61,215 nucleotides of DNA from the IMG/VR virus record IMGVR_UViG_3300022833_000412, positions 1 to 61,215 of that record; one strand, given 5' to 3'. This document shows positions 48,576-57,465 of this stretch, piece after piece (the first letter of the stretch is position 1; the number at the start of each line of letters is the position of its first letter). The position numbers and the translations under genes are program-made. The notes under the pieces were generated by a model. That model had not been told where the DNA came from. It saw only the letters and a list, made by a program, of their open reading frames with translations, and did not search any database. This DNA comes from a virus (taxonomy: Duplodnaviria; Caudoviricetes).

Positions 48576-49232
48576 ATGCCATCAGAAGGAAGACCACGTA
48601 AGGACCTAAGCAAAGAGCAGATGCTAACTGCTATGAGTAAAACTCAGTCCAACAGAGCTGGAGCTAGGTATTTATCTGTCTCATACCCTCACTATAAAAA
48701 GTGGGCAAAGTTTTATGACGCTACAGAGGAAGGTTACAATAACCTATTTGAGCAACATTTAAACCAACACGGAAAAGGTATTCCTAAGTACTTGAATGCT
48801 AAGAGGAAGAATGATGTTATAAGCTTAATGGACATTATAGAAGGGAGAGCTACCCCGCACTCTTTTAAACCTGAAAAGATAAAGCATAGACTTATCGCAG
48901 AGGGATTTATAGCAGAAGAGTGTATTACGTGTAAGATGGCAGAGAGAAGAGTTACGGATTATAAAATGCCTCTACTTCTAAACTTCTTAGACGGTAATAA
49001 ATCAAACTACCTGTTAGCTAATATTCAACTTATATGTTATAACTGCTACTTCCTTACAGTTGGTAATATGTTTACACCAAAAGAAATCATACACATAGAG
49101 GACTATGCCGCAAAAGATACACACGGCACTGAACCGACATGGGAACTTGACGAATACCAGCAGGAAATGTATGAAAAGTTAGGGTTATCACAGAAAGAAG
49201 AACCAGAGGATTATATAAGTAAGCCCGGATAA
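48576..49232 (+). CDS. HTH + degenerate HNH-like domain protein
   Basis: SNRAGARYLSVSY HTH-like segment; CITC...LNFLDGNKSN..LANIQLICYNC (the HNH His positions are substituted). Confidence 0.7.
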   Translation: MPSEGRPRKDLSKEQMLTAMSKTQSNRAGARYLSVSYPHYKKWAKFYDATEEGYNNLFEQHLNQHGKGIPKYLNAKRKNDVISLMDIIEGRATPHSFKPEKIKHRLIAEGFIAEECITCKMAERRVTDYKMPLLLNFLDGNKSNYLLANIQLICYNCYFLTVGNMFTPKEIIHIEDYAAKDTHGTEPTWELDEYQQEMYEKLGLSQKEEPEDYISKPG

Positions 49233-49320
49233 GCAGATTATATTACAATAGTTTGTATAATAGTTGTTTTCAAGATGTATTTTGCTTATATTAAGTAATA
49301 GATAAAAGAAAAATAAAGTT

Positions 49321-49848
49321 ATGTTATTTAAAAGTAAAACCACAACACTATTAATTTTAGGGATTATTTGTATTATAGTAGGAGCATCCAGAGTGACTCA
49401 ACAAGTAAATGCTTTTAGTGAAGCACATGTTAAAACTCAATATGACACTGTATACGTAAACACTGATACTTTTAGTCAAGCTAATCTAATAAAACTTCTC
49501 AAGGACCTACATGTACGGTTCCCATCAATAGTATTAGCACAGTCGATACTAGAAACTGGTCACTGGGAAAGTAAGATATATAAGGTTAACAATAACCTTT
49601 TTGGAATGCGTGAAGCAGCAGCTAGAATAAGAACTGCTCAAGGTACAAGGTATAATCATGCATTTTATAAGAACTGGAAGGAGTCTGTATATGATTACGC
49701 ATTCTACCAAGCCCGTTATATGAATAAAGCAAAAACGAAGAAGCAGTACTATAAAGCCTTAGGAAAGTCTTACGCAGAAAGTCCAACCTACGTAAAAAAC
49801 CTAAAGAGAGTAGTACTAAGAGAAAATCTAACTGAGTACTTTAACTAA
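49321..49848 (+). CDS. Membrane-anchored/secreted glucosaminidase (GH73, FlgJ-like)
   Basis: Signal/TM segment; LAQSILETG, NNLFGM, SVYDY, YAESPTY. Confidence 0.85.
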   Translation: MLFKSKTTTLLILGIICIIVGASRVTQQVNAFSEAHVKTQYDTVYVNTDTFSQANLIKLLKDLHVRFPSIVLAQSILETGHWESKIYKVNNNLFGMREAAARIRTAQGTRYNHAFYKNWKESVYDYAFYQARYMNKAKTKKQYYKALGKSYAESPTYVKNLKRVVLRENLTEYFN

Positions 49849-49851
49849 TCT

Positions 49852-50007
49852 ATGGAACTAAAAGAAATGTTTAAACACGTAGCAGATGAAGACTTAGTAC
49901 AGTTATGTTTAAGAACACCAGAAGTATTCTGTAACCTATGTACGTTATTATCTCTTGACCTACAGTTAGAGGGAGAAAGAGTCTTAGAAAACACAGTATT
50001 AAACTAA
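49852..50007 (+). CDS. Small hypothetical protein (51 aa, not in ORF track)
   Basis: ATG 3 nt after the previous stop codon. Confidence 0.5.
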   Translation: MELKEMFKHVADEDLVQLCLRTPEVFCNLCTLLSLDLQLEGERVLENTVLN

Positions 50008-50069
50008 ACAAAGTAACGTACTTGATGAATACTCCATATTTATAATACATAAACATACTAACGTAGTAC

Positions 50070-50159
50070 ATGTACAGATTATATAAAGATAAAGAAGAAT
50101 GCTTTGAATGTAATATTTCAATTGAAGGAGCAGGTATTGGATATATAGATATGAGTTAA
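50070..50159 (+). pseudogene. 29-aa ORF after a late promoter, possibly a truncated gene remnant
   Basis: TATTTATA at 50037, then MYRLYKDKEECFECNISIEGAGIGYIDMS*. Confidence 0.35.
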
Positions 50160-50169
50160 TATAAAAAAC

Positions 50170-50472
50170 ATGAAAATACCTCACACCTGGGACGATGCAA
50201 ACTTCACATGGGATGATAATAAGTTCAAATGGGAAGATGCTTACAGGCTCTTAGAACAGATAGACAACCAGGGAGGTGGTGTTTTAGGATGGTCTAAACT
50301 TAAGGAAGAAGATAAGAAGAAGTTCATAAAGGTTGTAGTCGCTGTTAAAGGTGAGAAGTTTAAAGAATCAAAAGGTAAATTTAAAGACTACAAAGTAACT
50401 GCTGCGGATATAGAAATGATTAGAAGCGAGGTAAAGTTAAAGATTGACTCTGTTAAAGTAACTAAGTTATAA
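50170..50472 (+). CDS. Hypothetical protein
   Basis: N-terminal W-repeat (TWDDANFTWDDNKFKWED). Confidence 0.65.
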   Translation: MKIPHTWDDANFTWDDNKFKWEDAYRLLEQIDNQGGGVLGWSKLKEEDKKKFIKVVVAVKGEKFKESKGKFKDYKVTAADIEMIRSEVKLKIDSVKVTKL

Positions 50473-50542
50473 GAAATAGTTACAGTTGCATAACACTCTA
50501 AAAGTTCGTATATTATCTTAAAGTAATAAGGTATAATATACA

Positions 50543-51013
50543 ATGGTAAAATTTCAATCAAGTAAAGTATTCGACGGGTTTAGCACAGTATTCCGTCAGT
50601 GGAGAGCAGTAAATACGCATTGCTCAAAACTTCACGGTTATGCTGTTTCATTTAAAATTTACTTCGAAGGAGACTTAGACGAACGTAACTGGGTCTTTGA
50701 TTTCGGAGGTATGAAAAGAGCTAAATGTTTAATAGACGGGATGTCACCTAAAGTATGGATGGACTATATGTTCGATCACACCCATATCGTAGCAGAAGAT
50801 GATCCCTACCTAGAGGAGTTTCTTAAGTTAAACTCTGCAGGAGTATCTCAAGTCAGAGTAGTGCCTAGAACAGGAGCTGAAAGCTTTGCAGAGTTTATTT
50901 TTAATAAGATGGATCCCTTCGTAAAAGAAGAAACTGGCGGTAGAGTCAGAGTATCTAAGGTTACGTTCACAGAGAACGGTAAGAATGAAGCTTCATATCA
51001 AAAAATAGTTTAG
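50543..51013 (+). CDS. queD: 6-carboxy-5,6,7,8-tetrahydropterin synthase
   Basis: HCSKLHGY, WVFDFGG, FDHTHIV, TGAESFA, ENGKNEA. Confidence 0.92.
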   Translation: MVKFQSSKVFDGFSTVFRQWRAVNTHCSKLHGYAVSFKIYFEGDLDERNWVFDFGGMKRAKCLIDGMSPKVWMDYMFDHTHIVAEDDPYLEEFLKLNSAGVSQVRVVPRTGAESFAEFIFNKMDPFVKEETGGRVRVSKVTFTENGKNEASYQKIV

Positions 51014-51050
51014 TTAAAGCCTAAAGAGTGGTAGGTTTGTAAGTTAAGAA

Positions 51051-51082
51051 TTCGTATATTTAGGTATAATAAGAAAGATAGA
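51051..51082 (+). promoter_or_regulatory. Strong early-promoter cassette TTCGTATATTTAGGTATAATAAGAAAGATAG
   Basis: Near-identical copy at 53536-53566; related copies at 51771, 58479 and 59880. Confidence 0.8.
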
Positions 51083-51083
51083 T

Positions 51084-51308
51084 ATGACAGATTCAGAAAT
51101 TTACGAAGCGACACAGGAGTATAACAAGTTTGTAGTTATAGTTAATACGAAAGAGTACATTACTAAGGAAGAGTATGACTTTTGTATAGCTTACGATAAG
51201 GATAGTAAGTCCCATTTTACATATATCGGAGACTATTCTAGTTACGGGGAATACCTTAACTTAAATGTTTATAGCGAACATGATCATGAAAAGCGTGAAT
51301 GGAGCTAA
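51084..51308 (+). CDS. Hypothetical early protein
   Basis: 74 aa, after an early promoter. Confidence 0.65.
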   Translation: MTDSEIYEATQEYNKFVVIVNTKEYITKEEYDFCIAYDKDSKSHFTYIGDYSSYGEYLNLNVYSEHDHEKREWS

Positions 51309-51372
51309 GGTGTTAACTTGAGTACTAAAAGTAAAATTAAAAGATCAAATAAAACAAATAAAAAAATAATTA

Positions 51373-51585
51373 ATGGTAAGCACAATACAAAAAACGTTTG
51401 AAGAAGGTAGAGAATTCGTAAAGTTAGGAAACTTAGAGCAGGCAGATGTAAGCTTTGATACGTGTATAGCGCAGCTTGCAGAATGCACTATAAGGGGTAT
51501 TACAGAGGTGGAAGGAGCTAGTACGGATTTATGGAAGTCCAGAATTTGGACAAAAATTGAACACTCGGGGCTTTTACCAGAATAA
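51373..51585 (+). CDS. Hypothetical protein
   Basis: 70 aa. Confidence 0.6.
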   Translation: MVSTIQKTFEEGREFVKLGNLEQADVSFDTCIAQLAECTIRGITEVEGASTDLWKSRIWTKIEHSGLLPE

Positions 51586-51603
51586 AAAGGATACAGAAAA
51601 GTT

Positions 51604-51738
51604 ATGAATAAGGAAAAAGCACTCGAACTTCTTTTAGAGATAGAAAGAAAGGTAAATACATGTTGTGCTATAACTATGGAGCCTGACGAAGTTTTTGAAC
51701 TTATAGACGAACTTAAAGAAGTATTAAAAAATTTATAA
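51604..51738 (+). CDS. Small hypothetical protein (44 aa, not in ORF track)
   Basis: AAGTTATG start context typical of this genome. Confidence 0.55.
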   Translation: MNKEKALELLLEIERKVNTCCAITMEPDEVFELIDELKEVLKNL

Positions 51739-51806
51739 GTTCACTTTTTAGTAGTTACTATGGAATATAGTTCGTATATTTAGGTTATAATAAAGAAATA
51801 AGAGTT

Positions 51807-52076
51807 ATGAATAAGAAAGAATTTCAATTACAGTTAGATCAGTTAAGTTACGATGGGGTTATTTACGTCTCACATAAGGAAGTTAGGTACGAAGTAAGAT
51901 GTTATTATGAAAACGGTGATTCAAAAAGTTTTTCTTTACAAAAAGCAGTAATGTGTGGTGATAGTATGAATATTGAAAAATTAACTTCTACTTGTATTGC
52001 TTTATATAGTTTTGATATGATGAACCAAAGAACAACCTACAAAATGAAATTTAACGAAATTGAATTAGTAGTATGA
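51807..52076 (+). CDS. Hypothetical early protein
   Basis: 89 aa, after an early promoter. Confidence 0.65.
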   Translation: MNKKEFQLQLDQLSYDGVIYVSHKEVRYEVRCYYENGDSKSFSLQKAVMCGDSMNIEKLTSTCIALYSFDMMNQRTTYKMKFNEIELVV

Positions 52077-52747
52077 AATTGAATTTAAAAAAAGATCAAG
52101 ATCTATATTTCTCTTCTGACCCTCACTACGGTCATAAAAACATCTGTGAGGGGTCTAGCGAATGGAAAAAGGGAGGGGGTAATTCTAAAACAAGACCGTT
52201 TATCACATTATCTAAAATGAACGATTCTATTGTAAATAACATTAATGCTAGAGTTGGGGAAGATGATGTATTTGTATGTTTAGGCGACTGGTCGTTTGGT
52301 GGCTTCGATAACATTAAAGAATTTAGAGATAGAATACATTGTAAGAACATACACCTGTTTTACGGAAACCACGACCACCATATTAAGAATAACAGAGAGA
52401 ACATCCAAGATCTATTTACTTCAACCCAGTGGTATGATGAATTAGAGATTAGACGTCCTTCTAGAACACTTAAAGGAAGAGTTGATAAGCATTCATTTAT
52501 CTGTATGCACTTCCCTATTGCTAGCTGGGATAAGATGGGTAAAGGTAAAATACACCTACACGGACATACTCACCTACCTGCGCATTGTAAACTCGGAGCT
52601 GGGAAGAGTCTCGATGTAGGGGTTGACGGTAACAATTATAAACCTTACAGCATGAAAGAGATTCTCACTATGATGACAGAGCAGCCTAATAAATGCCTGT
52701 CAATAAAGGATGATCATCATATAGAATTAGGTAAAGTAAATATATAA
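52073..52747 (+). CDS. Calcineurin-like metallophosphoesterase
   Basis: SDPHYGH, LGDWSF, GNHDH, HFP, LHGHTH, DVGVD. Confidence 0.92.
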   Translation: MKLNLKKDQDLYFSSDPHYGHKNICEGSSEWKKGGGNSKTRPFITLSKMNDSIVNNINARVGEDDVFVCLGDWSFGGFDNIKEFRDRIHCKNIHLFYGNHDHHIKNNRENIQDLFTSTQWYDELEIRRPSRTLKGRVDKHSFICMHFPIASWDKMGKGKIHLHGHTHLPAHCKLGAGKSLDVGVDGNNYKPYSMKEILTMMTEQPNKCLSIKDDHHIELGKVNI

Positions 52748-53205
52748 TGAAAGAAAATACACCAAGTTTTGAGTTAGGGTTTTGGGTAGGGTGTTGGGTA
52801 GTTAATACCCACCTCCCTTACCTATCTATGGATAAAGGTACTACTACTACATCTACAGGTAAAATGGTAGAGATTCTAGAATGGGAACAGGAACATGTTA
52901 ATTATCTTGATGGTACAATGGATGCTTTATTAAAACCAGGAGTAGAAGCAAATGATAATCCTGAATGGATGAAGGTTTTTTATGAGTTTACTACATTTAG
53001 AAAAATGTTAAAAGTTAAATACCTACCTGATCATTTAATTATCCCCATCCCTATTTCCTCCCTTCCTGATAAAGAAGAATTTAAGAAGGGAGTAAAGGAT
53101 GCCTTATGGGATAGTGATTGTAGTAATTATGATGTTGAATCTGAAGCAATAACTGATTCTCCTATAAAGGGATTTATAAAACTACATTTAAAATTAGACC
53201 TCTAA
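52747..53205 (+). CDS. Hypothetical protein
   Basis: 152 aa, coupled (TAATG) to the upstream gene. Confidence 0.65.
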   Translation: MKENTPSFELGFWVGCWVVNTHLPYLSMDKGTTTTSTGKMVEILEWEQEHVNYLDGTMDALLKPGVEANDNPEWMKVFYEFTTFRKMLKVKYLPDHLIIPIPISSLPDKEEFKKGVKDALWDSDCSNYDVESEAITDSPIKGFIKLHLKLDL

Positions 53206-53254
53206 TATTCTACTAAATGCTTGTGTAACCGGGTAGAATTAACTATCTTTAGGT

Positions 53255-53497
53255 ATGTTAAAAAAGATAGAAGAATTAAAATTCATACAGACTCTAAAAG
53301 GAGGTGTTCAATTCGAACTAACCCCTGAAGATGGAGGAGATGTACTTATAGTATCATTCTCTAAGATACGAAACAAGTTCGTAATAAGACAAGACTCAGA
53401 AATTAAATGGATGGGACAATCTCAGACTAAGATGATAATGAAACTACCGCCTCTGAGTACTTTAATAGTTTCAGACCTACTACTACCTACCGGGTAA
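53255..53497 (+). CDS. Hypothetical protein (probably leaderless)
   Basis: 80 aa; promoter at 53221-53251. Confidence 0.6.
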   Translation: MLKKIEELKFIQTLKGGVQFELTPEDGGDVLIVSFSKIRNKFVIRQDSEIKWMGQSQTKMIMKLPPLSTLIVSDLLLPTG

Positions 53498-53568
53498 ATA
53501 ATTACTAAGTAAGTAGTTGGAGAGTTAAATAAAGATTCGTATATTTAGGTATAATAAGAAAGATAGTT

Positions 53569-53757
53569 ATGAGAAAAGAAGAAAATAGAGTATGGTGGAC
53601 GGACGGTTGTTCTACGACAGGAGCAGAAATACTTAAGTACTATACCCGTTTATACGGTCCTGAAAAACTTAGTAATAAGATCGAAGAAGACGAAGAGGGG
53701 GATATTGTAGGGGTTAGCTTTGATGGAAATACTTTAGAGTTAATTGTTAAGAAATAA
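53569..53757 (+). CDS. Hypothetical early protein
   Basis: 62 aa, after an early promoter. Confidence 0.6.
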   Translation: MRKEENRVWWTDGCSTTGAEILKYYTRLYGPEKLSNKIEEDEEGDIVGVSFDGNTLELIVKK

Positions 53758-53762
53758 GTACT

Positions 53763-53945
53763 ATGGTAAAGAAAATTAATTTCACAATGTTAATTGTAAC
53801 TGTAACGTTTTTCGGGTTAAGTATAGGTGTATTGACCGGTACTATTCAAAAATACGTGCATTTTACAGGTATAGAAAACGAAATAGGATTCGCATTACTT
53901 TCCACTTTCGGGGCTTTAATCTTTTGTTTTGGAGTAAAAAAATAG
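53763..53945 (+). CDS. Small two-TM membrane protein
   Basis: Two hydrophobic segments. Confidence 0.6.
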   Translation: MVKKINFTMLIVTVTFFGLSIGVLTGTIQKYVHFTGIENEIGFALLSTFGALIFCFGVKK

Positions 53946-54257
53946 ATGAAAAAAGGTAATACAGGAAAGCTAGAAGTTATAGGTTATAGAACCTCAGATC
54001 TATTAGAGGTAGAACTTAAAAGCGGTAACTGGGCTAGAGTTACTTATAGAGATTTTAGGTCGTATAACGGTAACCGTAGGACTACGGGCCCGGACAGCGT
54101 CGTACATGGTGATCCGTTCCGGAATCTAGTAACAGTTCCCTATGAAGGAGCTTATTACTTCTTCGATACGAATAGTATGTATACTCCGGAGAACTACGAG
54201 AAGCATACTATAGTTTCATCTATTAAGGATTGCAAAAAGAGCTTGCACACTAAGTAA
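53946..54257 (+). CDS. Hypothetical protein
   Basis: 103 aa; WARVTYRDFRSYNGNRR. Confidence 0.6.
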   Translation: MKKGNTGKLEVIGYRTSDLLEVELKSGNWARVTYRDFRSYNGNRRTTGPDSVVHGDPFRNLVTVPYEGAYYFFDTNSMYTPENYEKHTIVSSIKDCKKSLHTK

Positions 54258-54278
54258 AAAAATATTATATTAAGTTAG

Positions 54279-54986
54279 ATGAAAAAGTTTATAAAAGGAA
54301 CTGAGTTAGTTCAAGCAGGTTTTGCTAACGGTATCTCTACACAGCTAGCTGCAAAGCAGTTAATAGATGGACCAGAAGCAAAGTTAACACTAGAAGAGAA
54401 GAACGATATTATAGTCGAAGCCTCTGAGCATTTTGGAAAGTTTCTTACCTCCTTAGGGGTAGATTGGGAGAACGACCCTAACTCTTCAGAAACTCCAATG
54501 AGAGTAGCTAAGGCATACGTAAATGATCTATTCTCAGGAAGGTATAACCCTCTTGATAGAATTACAGCATTCCCTAGTGATGGTTATTCAGGGGTTGTAT
54601 TTGAAGGGGGTATACCTCTTACGTCTATGTGCTCTCACCACCACGGTTTGATTAAAGGCGTAGTTCACGTAGCATATGTACCCTCTGCCTCAGGTAAAGT
54701 GGTTGGGTTATCTAAGATTAACCGTATTGTAGAACACTTCGGTAGACGAGGTGCTATACAGGAACAGCTAACAGTAGCTATCCATAACGCAGTCGATACT
54801 ATATGCGAAAGTAACGAAGGTGTAGCAGTAATGGTTGAAGCAACTCATGCATGCGTATCCTGTAGAGGAGTTAAGCATCACGGAGCAAGTATGAAAACTG
54901 CAAAGCTATCAGGCTGCTTCCTAGAAGAAGACTCAGCTAGAGCAGAATTCTACCACTTTACAAAAGGTTATACAAACCCAGCATAG
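54279..54986 (+). CDS. folE: GTP cyclohydrolase I
   Basis: ETPMRVAK, SMCSHH, VVGLSKINR, IQEQLT, ATHACVSCRG. Confidence 0.95.
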   Translation: MKKFIKGTELVQAGFANGISTQLAAKQLIDGPEAKLTLEEKNDIIVEASEHFGKFLTSLGVDWENDPNSSETPMRVAKAYVNDLFSGRYNPLDRITAFPSDGYSGVVFEGGIPLTSMCSHHHGLIKGVVHVAYVPSASGKVVGLSKINRIVEHFGRRGAIQEQLTVAIHNAVDTICESNEGVAVMVEATHACVSCRGVKHHGASMKTAKLSGCFLEEDSARAEFYHFTKGYTNPA

Positions 54987-55051
54987 TATAATATGTTATC
55001 ATTAAAGTTGTTTTTAAGTAAAACGGATGTTAAATTAGAGTATAGAATCTT

Positions 55052-55870
55052 ATGAAAGAAAAAAATCAAGTTAAAATCGCCCACGAGGCACCGCTCTCTA
55101 TCTTTGATGAGGTAAAAGGAATGACGAGTTATAATTACTGTCTCGTGCATTTGATGGACGAACTGCCGGAATATAAAAAGAAGTTTTTTGATATAAAGAA
55201 CGAAGGTGGTGAGATTATACTGGATAATAGTATCTTCGAACTAGGGGAAGCGTTTAAGGGTGATGATTTTTTCAAGTGGGTAAATGAACTAGCTCCAGAA
55301 TGGTATGTAATACCAGATGTACTAGAAGACTGTAACAAAACTGTTAAACAAGCTCAAGAATGGTTATCCAAGTATGGAGACCAAATCCCAGAAGGAACTA
55401 AGTCGATAGGAGTTGTTCAAGGTAAAACCTTAGACGAGATAATTACATGTTATAAGTCATTAGATAGGTTAGGTGTAGATATGATAGCAATATCGTTTGA
55501 CTACTCCCTATATGAGAAAATGTTCCCTCATCCGAATCAAAAAATGTCTTGGATGTTAGGAAGAGTGCAGCTCTTAGGTATACTTTATGATGGAGGAATC
55601 TTAAACTTAGATAAGCCACACCATTTGCTCGGAAATTCCTTGCCCGTTGAGGGGAAATTTTATAGAGATTATAACTTCATCTACTCTATAGATACATCAA
55701 ATCCGGTTGTACACGGTATTAAAGGTATTAGATATGAACCAAACTTCGGATTGTATAGTAAAGAATCTCAGAAACTTTACGAGTTAATTTCACAACCTAA
55801 GGAAAGTATCGATATGAAGTTAGTAAGTTATAACGTAGGAGAGTTTAAAAAATACTGGAATGTTAATTAA
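55052..55870 (+). CDS. dpdA: TGT-fold guanine transglycosylase, DpdA-like (7-deazaguanine insertion)
   Basis: IILDNSIFELG, VIPDVL, IGVVQG, HHLLG and YSIDTS match the TGT-family motif order (D-S, D, VQG, HxLG, SxDS/T). Adjacent to folE. Confidence 0.75.
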   Translation: MKEKNQVKIAHEAPLSIFDEVKGMTSYNYCLVHLMDELPEYKKKFFDIKNEGGEIILDNSIFELGEAFKGDDFFKWVNELAPEWYVIPDVLEDCNKTVKQAQEWLSKYGDQIPEGTKSIGVVQGKTLDEIITCYKSLDRLGVDMIAISFDYSLYEKMFPHPNQKMSWMLGRVQLLGILYDGGILNLDKPHHLLGNSLPVEGKFYRDYNFIYSIDTSNPVVHGIKGIRYEPNFGLYSKESQKLYELISQPKESIDMKLVSYNVGEFKKYWNVN

Positions 55871-55887
55871 AAAAGTAAATAAGTAAA

Positions 55888-55992
55888 ATGAAGCAGTTAA
55901 GAGAAATGTGGGAATGGTTTTGTAGCAATACAAAGATTGACGAGAAGTTAAAAAAAAGGCAAGAAAAAGCACAAGTTAAATTAGATAAATAA
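55888..55992 (+). CDS. Small hypothetical protein (34 aa, not in ORF track)
   Basis: A-rich start context; MKQLREMWEWFCSNTKIDEK... Confidence 0.4.
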   Translation: MKQLREMWEWFCSNTKIDEKLKKRQEKAQVKLDK

Positions 55993-56009
55993 AATAGAAA
56001 AGTAAAATT

Positions 56010-56189
56010 ATGAGTGAAACATCAACTACAGCAGAATTATTTGAAGAGATTAAGGATTTATTCTCAACATTCGAAGAAGGGCATAACGCCACTACTAAGA
56101 CTGGGAAAGCTAGAGCTAGAAAATCAATTGGAGAGATTAAGAAACTAGTTACGGATTACCGTAAAGCTAGTGTTAACGAATCGAAGTAA
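56010..56189 (+). CDS. Histone H1-like / Hc1-family nucleoid protein (59 aa, not in ORF track)
   Basis: MSETSTTAELFEEIKDLFSTFEEGHNATTKTGKARARKSIGEIKKLVTDYRKASV resembles the Bacteroidota K..G.RARK....L.KL...FRK.S pattern. Confidence 0.7.
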   Translation: MSETSTTAELFEEIKDLFSTFEEGHNATTKTGKARARKSIGEIKKLVTDYRKASVNESK

Positions 56190-56398
56190 TGAAGTACTGG
56201 TCAGTGAACGTACTGTTTATAGTAGACAGCGATTCAGGAAGAGTTCAAAAAATTAAAGAACAGTACCTAGTAGAGGCAATAAGCGCTACAGATGCTGAAG
56301 CTAAGATCTATAAGAACTTTGAAGGAGAAAGTGATTTCTCTGTAATTAAAGCCGAACAGTCTCGGATAATGGACGTCATAACAGACGGTAAGAAGTAG
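56189..56398 (+). CDS. DUF4494-like protein
   Basis: GRVQKIKEQYLVEAISATDAEAKI...SRIMDVI. Confidence 0.7.
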   Translation: MKYWSVNVLFIVDSDSGRVQKIKEQYLVEAISATDAEAKIYKNFEGESDFSVIKAEQSRIMDVITDGKK

Positions 56399-56449
56399 AA
56401 AACTCGGAGGATTAGTAAGTGTCTTACTATAAAAACTCCACTACTGTTA

Positions 56450-56480
56450 AAGAGCTACTTGAAAAGGTAGCTCTTTTTTT
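56450..56480 (+). terminator. Rho-independent terminator
   Basis: AAGAGCTAC-loop-GTAGCTCTT stem followed by a T run. Confidence 0.85.
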
Positions 56481-56518
56481 AGTTGTATAGTTAAAATATT
56501 AATCGTATATTTAAGGTA

Positions 56519-57271
56519 ATGAAACAAAAAGAGAGAATAATATTATGTGGTACTAGTAGTACCGGTAAGAGTACAATATTGGAAGTATTAAAAGGAGATT
56601 TACTAAGTTATAAATTTATCTCAGAATCTACAAGGACTGTAAAATCTTATGGATTAGGTATAAATGAAGAAGGTAGTGAATCAACTCAATTAGCAATAGC
56701 AGCTTTTCATCTAGAAGCTTTACTAAGTGAAGAGGATCTAATACTTGATAGAGGTTTCTTAGACCTAGTAGTGTATTCCAGAATGTTACCTAACCTTAAT
56801 ACACAAGTACTAGCTTATATAGAGGATATGTGGAGACGTATTGCACCGCAGTATACTAAAATATGTTACTTCCCTATAGAGTTTAGTATAGTTGATGACG
56901 GTGTTAGAACTCTATCAAGCAGTTGGAGAGAGTCTGTAGATAAGGAATTTCGAAAGGAACTAGAAAGGTTAGGTGCAGATTATATTATAGTAAGGGGTAC
57001 AAGAGAAGAGAGGTTAATAACAGTTAAGGATTACATACTACATAATAAATACCCTTCAGAAGTAAAGAAGGCAACAGAAGGACCTTTCTATAGTCTCTAT
57101 GACTTCTTAGGTTATCCAGCAGGAAGTGAAAGAGGTAAGCAAGTAGCTTTAGCAGCGAAAATGCAAGACATAGGAGTAAGAACCAGACAAGTTACTACTA
57201 AAAGCTATAATGGACCTGTTACACTCTACCCTAAGAGTTTTCTAAACCAATACTTTAATACAACTAAATAA
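56519..57271 (+). CDS. P-loop nucleotide kinase (AAA_28/NadR-like) with an extra C-terminal domain
   Basis: ILCGTSSTGKST, LILDRGFLD, DDGVR, IVRGTREERL. Confidence 0.8.
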   Translation: MKQKERIILCGTSSTGKSTILEVLKGDLLSYKFISESTRTVKSYGLGINEEGSESTQLAIAAFHLEALLSEEDLILDRGFLDLVVYSRMLPNLNTQVLAYIEDMWRRIAPQYTKICYFPIEFSIVDDGVRTLSSSWRESVDKEFRKELERLGADYIIVRGTREERLITVKDYILHNKYPSEVKKATEGPFYSLYDFLGYPAGSERGKQVALAAKMQDIGVRTRQVTTKSYNGPVTLYPKSFLNQYFNTTK

Positions 57272-57276
57272 GTACT

Positions 57277-57465
57277 ATGATAAAAACAAATAAAGACTTA
57301 GAGAAAACTTACCTACTTGATCGTGGGGTACTGGTAAATGTTAGACCTTTACATTCAAACAGAGGTTCTTACTGGCATGTTGAAGAGATAGATATTAACA
57401 CCGGTAAAATAACTAAGAGTTTAACTCGAAGCCTACCTGGAGAAGCTTACGTAGTAAGAGATTAA
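57277..57465 (+). CDS. Hypothetical protein
   Basis: 62 aa. Confidence 0.55.
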   Translation: MIKTNKDLEKTYLLDRGVLVNVRPLHSNRGSYWHVEEIDINTGKITKSLTRSLPGEAYVVRD

